From: Polyangiaceae bacterium
GTDB taxonomy: Bacteria > Myxococcota_A > Polyangia > Polyangiales > Polyangiaceae
DNA length: 64,000 nucleotides
Assembly: GCA_044376115.1 (NCBI GenBank)
Contig: JBILLK010000020.1
Span: 1 to 64,000 of the forward strand
Direction of reading: 5' to 3'
Shown here: piece after piece, positions 58,894-64,000 of the stretch
Position numbering within the stretch: the stretch's first letter is position 1
Layout of the letters: every line of letters starts with the position of its first letter
Translations under genes and position numbers: made by a program
Notes under the pieces: generated by a model
What the model was told of the DNA's origin: nothing
The model's input: only the letters and a program-made list of their open reading frames with translations
The model's database searches: none

Positions 58894-59696
58894 GCCCAGC
58901 ACAAGCCGCACCTAGACTGTCGGTGGTGCTAGCAACCGCTGGGTTTCTTGCGGTGAGCCTCATTCTTGACGCACTAGCTCCTTCGCTCCGAACAGATCGC
59001 CGGCAGTCGCTGGCTGCACTCCTACCACTGCTCGTTCCGTCGCTGTTGGGGCTGCTTGGGTTCGTGCTTGACTCGAGGAAGCTATGCCCAACCTTTGCAA
59101 GGGCGGCCTTGCTCGCGAGCCTGCTCGCGCCATCGTTGGGCGCCGTAGCGGGCTTGTCGATTGGCGTTCTGTTTCCTGAAGCACGGTTGCTGCTTCGCAC
59201 CGTTGTGACGGTGAGCAACCGAATCAGCGGTGCCACCGAGGGCGCGTTGGTCGGCGCAGCCTTTATCCCGTTTATTCTTCTGGTTTGGCGAAGCACACGA
59301 GCGGCTGTGCGCTCGAGCAGCGAGCCCGATATCGAGCGATACCAGCGCGCTACCTGGAGCTATGTGGCGCTGGCGGTAGCACTGCCTCAGCTACTCATCG
59401 CCGCACGCACCCAGACACTGGGCCCGCGCACCGATGTGTCCTGTGCAATCGGCCTTCTGGCCGCCCTCTTTCTTGGATGGAACTACGTGAGCGGACAGCT
59501 TCAGCTCGATAGACTCCGAAAGGCGCATCGGCTCGGCTTGGAGGAGGACACCGACGACGAGACCCAACGAAAGCAGGAGCGCATTTCGCAAATGAGCGCA
59601 GAAGTATCTCGGCGTGCGTTTACAGCCCTCGTCGGCGCCTCGGCCGTTGCCGCGGCGTACACCTTCGGACCCAGCGCCTACCGGTTGATCGACTGA
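58890..59696 (+). CDS. hypothetical multi-pass membrane protein
   Basis: ATGA overlap; several hydrophobic segments. Confidence 0.72.
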   Translation: MSPAQAAPRLSVVLATAGFLAVSLILDALAPSLRTDRRQSLAALLPLLVPSLLGLLGFVLDSRKLCPTFARAALLASLLAPSLGAVAGLSIGVLFPEARLLLRTVVTVSNRISGATEGALVGAAFIPFILLVWRSTRAAVRSSSEPDIERYQRATWSYVALAVALPQLLIAARTQTLGPRTDVSCAIGLLAALFLGWNYVSGQLQLDRLRKAHRLGLEEDTDDETQRKQERISQMSAEVSRRAFTALVGASAVAAAYTFGPSAYRLID

Positions 59697-59699
59697 CGG

Positions 59700-61061
59700 C
59701 TAGAGCCGAAGGGGGTTGCCCTTTGAGCTGACCGCCGGCTTCGCGGTTGCGGTAGGCGGGCTCGTCACCGTTGGTGCGGGAGCAGCCGTTGGTTGAACCG
59801 CTGAGGGCGCCGCGCTTGGTAGCGAGGTTGGAACGCTTGGAGCCGCGCTCGGAGCTGCGCTCGTAGAAGCCGTCGCGATCACTGCCACCCGCGACGTGGC
59901 TGTTGCATCCACCGGCAACTGCGCCGGTTCAACCTTTGGCGTTGGGTTCGTTGGATCTACGGGTGCGCCGCTTTCTACCTGCGGCAGCGCGCTCGGCGCT
60001 TCCGAAGCGACCGGCCGACTCCCCGCGTCGTTCGTGCGCAGATAGAACAGCGCCCCCACGACAACCCCCAACAAGGCCATGCCAACACCAAGCCAAACCG
60101 CCGTCCGTGTACTCGTACCACTCACACGAGCGTCACGAACCGCCGGCCCCACAGACTCCTCGGCACTCGCCACCTTGGCGGCGACCGCGACGACACTCGA
60201 CCGCTCGGGCTGTGAGCCCGAGATACCAGCCTCAATGGCCTGAGCAAGCTCCTGCGCTGTTTGGAATCTGCTGTTTGGGTTCTTCTCCAGCGAGCGCTTT
60301 ACGACAGCGTCCACCCACTGCGGCACCCCGTCGACCACCAGCGAAGGTGGCTTGACCTCGTCTAGGGTCACAGCAACCGCAACGGCGGTTGGCGTCTCAC
60401 CCAGGAACGGCAGCGTACCTGTAACGAGCTCGTAAAGAATCACCCCGAGCGCCCAAACATCAGTCCGTTCGTCAGCCAGCTTTGCCGAACGTACCGACTC
60501 GGGAGCCATGTACAGCGGGGTACCAAATGCAGACTGGGTCTGGGTGAGGCGCACGCCATTCTCTGGAAGCACCCGCGAGATGCCAAAGTCCACGACCTTC
60601 ACGACAGTGTCGTTGCCCTCCCTCGCCAGGAACAGGTTGGCTGGCTTCAAGTCGCGATGAATCACTCCAGCGGCATGCGCCTCGCTCATTGCAGCGCAGG
60701 CCGCGATCACATACTGGCCCGCTTCCGCTGCGGGAAACCGGCCTCGACGGGTCAGCTCCGCTTCCAGGTCTCCGCCCTCGAGGAACTCCATCACCAAGAA
60801 CGGCAAGCCGTTCTCGAGGGTTCCAACGTCGAACACCTTGGCGACATGCTTCGTGCGCAGCTTTGCAACAGCGCGGGCCTCTGCGTGAAACCGGCTCACA
60901 GAGTCGTTGTCGCCGAGGTGATCCTCTCGCAGCACCTTGATGGCCACGGTGTACCCGATCTCAATATGACGACCTTGGTACACGGTGCCCATGCCACCTT
61001 CGCCGAGGACCCCGGTCACAGAGTACTTGCCGGCGATCACGCTGCCTGGCTGTAGTCTCAT
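59700..61061 (-). CDS. membrane-anchored Hanks-type Ser/Thr kinase
   Basis: GEGGMGTVY, VAIK, HRDLKPAN, DFG, GTPLYMAPE; one TM then a Pro/Ala/Thr-rich tail. Confidence 0.95.
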   Translation of the reverse strand: MRLQPGSVIAGKYSVTGVLGEGGMGTVYQGRHIEIGYTVAIKVLREDHLGDNDSVSRFHAEARAVAKLRTKHVAKVFDVGTLENGLPFLVMEFLEGGDLEAELTRRGRFPAAEAGQYVIAACAAMSEAHAAGVIHRDLKPANLFLAREGNDTVVKVVDFGISRVLPENGVRLTQTQSAFGTPLYMAPESVRSAKLADERTDVWALGVILYELVTGTLPFLGETPTAVAVAVTLDEVKPPSLVVDGVPQWVDAVVKRSLEKNPNSRFQTAQELAQAIEAGISGSQPERSSVVAVAAKVASAEESVGPAVRDARVSGTSTRTAVWLGVGMALLGVVVGALFYLRTNDAGSRPVASEAPSALPQVESGAPVDPTNPTPKVEPAQLPVDATATSRVAVIATASTSAAPSAAPSVPTSLPSAAPSAVQPTAAPAPTVTSPPTATAKPAVSSKGNPLRL

Positions 61062-61067
61062 GAGCGG

Positions 61068-62165
61068 TTAAAACTCGAGTCGGAAGACGGGGATGGGGCC
61101 GATCTGAAACGCGCCGCTGGGTCGAACACGCGTGGGCTGATTGCGACCAGCTGATGGGAAATAGCTCGTCGTAGGCTCACACCCAGAGTCGGCTTGCGGG
61201 CCGACGAATACCGGGGTGGTGCACGGTGCAATCGAGCCTTCATCCGGTGAGCGCTCGGTCAGCAACGCATAAGCGAGACCAGCTCCGCCGCCAGCGGCGA
61301 GCACGCCCAACCCGATCGTCCAAAACCACCACTGGGTGTACGCCGGCGCCGAACCAGGCTCGATCCGTTCGGTCCGAACGTCGGTTGGGCCGAGCTCAAC
61401 AGTGATCTCGTTGTCTTCGTACCCAACGGCGGAAAGCACGACCGTGTGCGCCCCGGGCGCAAGCCGAACCTCGGTGGGTACCTGCCCAACGTCTTTGCCA
61501 TCGACCCGCACCTTTGCGCCTGCAACCGGGGACTCGACGCGAAGCACCGCGGTCTTGTCCGTGGCCGCAAGCGCGACCGTGAAGTCTTTGTTGCCCCTCT
61601 TCGGCAGTGGGATGGTGTCGCGATAGGGTTCATACCCGTCAGCGGTCACCTCAAGAACGGCTCCGTCCTGAGCATTCACCCGCTTCTTGGTGACGAGCGC
61701 CCCACCAATGACCTCATTGCCGAGCTTGACCGTGAGATTGCGGGGGACCTTGTCGTCCTTGACCTTCACGGTGATCGACAACTCGCAGGTCTGCTCCTCA
61801 ATCGCGAGAATGAGCTGCGCAAGGTTTGGCAACTTGGCGTGAAGCTCGGGGCTCGCTTGGGCGTCGAAGCGGCGCAGTAGGTCAAGCGCCTCGGGGAACC
61901 GGCCCATCAGCTCCAGAGCGCGCCCCTGGTTGTATAGCAAGGCCGCGTCGGCGTGCTTTGCGTAGGCTTCTTCGTACTTTCGAAGTGCGCCAGGGTAGTC
62001 CAGCGCGTCCATCAAGGCGTCCCCTTGCTGCTTGAGCAAGGCGGCTTCGGCTGCCGCGCCGGAGTTTGCTGGAGCACCTTCCGGGGCGGCCCAAACAGCG
62101 GGCTCAGCAGCCAGTGCGAGTCCCACGACGAGCGGGACCCCTACACGGCGCAGCAGGGTAGGCAT
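61068..62165 (-). CDS. TPR + PEGA domain exported protein
   Basis: signal peptide, ALLYNQGRALE TPR, GAKVRVDGKDVG.VP...LAPGAHTV PEGA, WWFW TM. Confidence 0.88.
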   Translation of the reverse strand: MPTLLRRVGVPLVVGLALAAEPAVWAAPEGAPANSGAAAEAALLKQQGDALMDALDYPGALRKYEEAYAKHADAALLYNQGRALELMGRFPEALDLLRRFDAQASPELHAKLPNLAQLILAIEEQTCELSITVKVKDDKVPRNLTVKLGNEVIGGALVTKKRVNAQDGAVLEVTADGYEPYRDTIPLPKRGNKDFTVALAATDKTAVLRVESPVAGAKVRVDGKDVGQVPTEVRLAPGAHTVVLSAVGYEDNEITVELGPTDVRTERIEPGSAPAYTQWWFWTIGLGVLAAGGGAGLAYALLTERSPDEGSIAPCTTPVFVGPQADSGCEPTTSYFPSAGRNQPTRVRPSGAFQIGPIPVFRLEF

Positions 62166-62260
62166 GTAAGCGTAAGTGAACACAGCTGAATGATGGCGGC
62201 TCTCAAGCAATTTGTGAAGGAATCTTCCTCTCAATTTACCTGGCCTCCTTGGCTCAGGCG

Positions 62261-63025
62261 TTACTTACGCCCTGCCGCCGACTTCAGATGCGAACAACGC
62301 GGAGAGTCAACTTCCACCCGCACACCAACGTTCGATGGCACCGCTTGGTTCCATGTCTTCGTCGTCGCCGGGTCGCCCGTAAAAATGTCGATATGCGTCC
62401 CGACTACTTTGCTACCGCGATCTTCCGCCAAGAAGCAGCCATCGTGTTGAGAGCCGTTTGGCCGAGATAGCCCCTCATAGTCGGGGATGTAGAGGGTCGC
62501 GCCGAGCGGAATCACCTCATCATCGACAGCCACCGTACGAAGCGGCGTCACCGGCTGACCAAGCGCTCCTCGACCACTTGGAAACTGCTTCGGATCGAGC
62601 TTCTCAAAGCAGATCTTCTGTCCGCTCTTGGGGCATTCGAGCGCGCAGGCACAATCGCGCTTGGCAAAGCTGATGGTCTCCCCTGTCCGCAACCTTCCGC
62701 TGCCTTGAAGGCACACGCGGTCGTGAAACTCTTGCGTGACCTCTGCGATCTGCTTGCATTCAGCGTCAAAGACCTTGGCTTTGCGTGCGCCGTCTGATTC
62801 GGAAGGAAAGTCGTAGTACGTATTACGAAACAGCTCAGGCCGTCGGGTTCCAGTCTTTACCAGGGCGGAGGCCGCGTTCGTTGGTTGGGCTGTCGACTGG
62901 GTCAACCACTCCTGCGAAGCATCGAGTGGGCGTGCGTCTCCACGATCTCGCACAAAGTCCGAACCGCCGCAGGCGACCAGGACCCAAAGACCGACTCCGA
63001 GGAAGGCGTTTCCTCCAACGTTCAT
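62261..63025 (-). CDS. 3D-domain (MltA-like) lipoprotein
   Basis: LVAC lipobox; VAVDDEVIPLG, AEDRGS, HIDIFTG. Confidence 0.88.
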   Translation of the reverse strand: MNVGGNAFLGVGLWVLVACGGSDFVRDRGDARPLDASQEWLTQSTAQPTNAASALVKTGTRRPELFRNTYYDFPSESDGARKAKVFDAECKQIAEVTQEFHDRVCLQGSGRLRTGETISFAKRDCACALECPKSGQKICFEKLDPKQFPSGRGALGQPVTPLRTVAVDDEVIPLGATLYIPDYEGLSRPNGSQHDGCFLAEDRGSKVVGTHIDIFTGDPATTKTWNQAVPSNVGVRVEVDSPRCSHLKSAAGRK

Positions 63026-63073
63026 GCGCAGACCTTAGCGGTGCAGCTCGGGGAAAGGTAGACTCCACGCGCC

Positions 63074-63826
63074 GTGTTCAATGACCATCGCCTTGCAATC
63101 CTCCCGTTGTGCACGTTTGTCCTATCCGTTGGCTGCGGAGCAGCGGACTTCGGCGACCCAGAGGACCCGGCAAACCAACGGTCGGCTGCGCCCGTGCTCA
63201 GTTCGCAAAGCTCAGCCGTGGCAACGCCAAGCGTGCCCGAGCGCCCCGCGATCGAAAGCGCGACTCCGGCCGCCAAGCCACCGCCTGCAAGGGCACGTCT
63301 CGCCGGCAAGCTTCACGAAGGCTGGCTCCTTTGGTCGACTCGCGAAAAGACCTTCGCAGCTGTCACTTCCTACGCTGAAGAAGGCAACGGAACTGGCATC
63401 GTCGGCAACGTTGGCTCCGCCAGCAGCAAGACCCAATACTCGACCCTGTGTGAGCCCAATGACCCGTGCCCCGACGATGAGGCTGAAGTACTCGACTTGA
63501 TCGAGAACTGGCTTCGCGATCGCAATCTAGAAGGCCTTGCGCTCGAGCCGGCACCCTTCAGCGAAGGAGCCCTGGTGGCAGCCGAACTCGGCTCATTGGG
63601 CGGAAAGTTGGTTTGGAAGACGGACCACCTCGAGCTCGTGCGCGGTTCGAAGACGGTTCCGCTTCCCAAGGTCGCGGCCGGCAAAGAGTTCACTCCGCGC
63701 CCGTACGCGGCCGCAGCCTCACCAGACGGAAAGTTCGTTTGCGTGCTGTTCGAACTCGACCCTGGTCAGAACTACGCCAAGGGCTGGAACCTCTACGTCG
63801 AGCCCATCGTCTACGCGATCCCGTGA
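63074..63826 (+). CDS. hypothetical lipoprotein
   Basis: SVGC lipobox, Pro/Ala linker, ASPDGK strand motif. Confidence 0.7.
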   Translation: MFNDHRLAILPLCTFVLSVGCGAADFGDPEDPANQRSAAPVLSSQSSAVATPSVPERPAIESATPAAKPPPARARLAGKLHEGWLLWSTREKTFAAVTSYAEEGNGTGIVGNVGSASSKTQYSTLCEPNDPCPDDEAEVLDLIENWLRDRNLEGLALEPAPFSEGALVAAELGSLGGKLVWKTDHLELVRGSKTVPLPKVAAGKEFTPRPYAAAASPDGKFVCVLFELDPGQNYAKGWNLYVEPIVYAIP

Positions 63827-63833
63827 GCTGCGC

Positions 63834-64000
63834 TCAGTAGCCGGCTTCGAACACCAGCGTCGGGATCGTGATCGGCCCGATTTCGCGCGGCGTACATTTG
63901 CCGTCCTCGCACGTTACGTCGAACACTTCTTTCGCCAGGGTCACGTTCTGCATGTCGAACACCAGGCCGACATAGGCGCGCTCCCCGAGGATCCAGCGCT
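63834..64000 (-). CDS. 3' end of a CDS running off the window, possibly a TonB-dependent receptor/outer-membrane barrel
   Basis: manual translation ...DMQNVTLAKEVFDVTCEDGKCTPREIGPITIPTLVFEAGY*, with a terminal aromatic beta-strand. Confidence 0.55.
   Translation of the reverse strand, partial: RWILGERAYVGLVFDMQNVTLAKEVFDVTCEDGKCTPREIGPITIPTLVFEAGY

Overview
A GC-rich, gene-dense bacterial window. Its gene content (MYXO-CTERM subtilase, PEGA-TPR/Hanks kinase pair, DUF4388-J-domain protein, many Cys-rich lipoproteins) points to Myxococcota, probably Polyangiales; this is inferred, not proven. It holds about 45 CDS plus tRNA-Arg(CCG). I saw no integrase, transposase, cas gene or true CRISPR. 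Recognisable genes include arfB, hrpA, tesB, an MlaD/MCE protein, an M20 peptidase, an L,D-transpeptidase, a Wzx-like flippase, an octaheme cytochrome c and a photoactive yellow protein. Most unusual: (1) a 7.7 kb co-oriented array of six lipoproteins forming three paralog pairs, punctuated by a 75-bp direct repeat; (2) a ~520-bp intergenic mosaic of three module types built from 14-bp inverted repeats and C-GNA-G triloop mini-hairpins; (3) a translationally coupled pair, a Ser/Thr kinase-HEAT protein and a 1696-aa degenerate HD-GYP/DUF4388/Gln-repeat/J-domain/TPR protein. All family calls come from motifs recognised by eye, with no database searches. Many start codons were re-picked relative to the ORF track.
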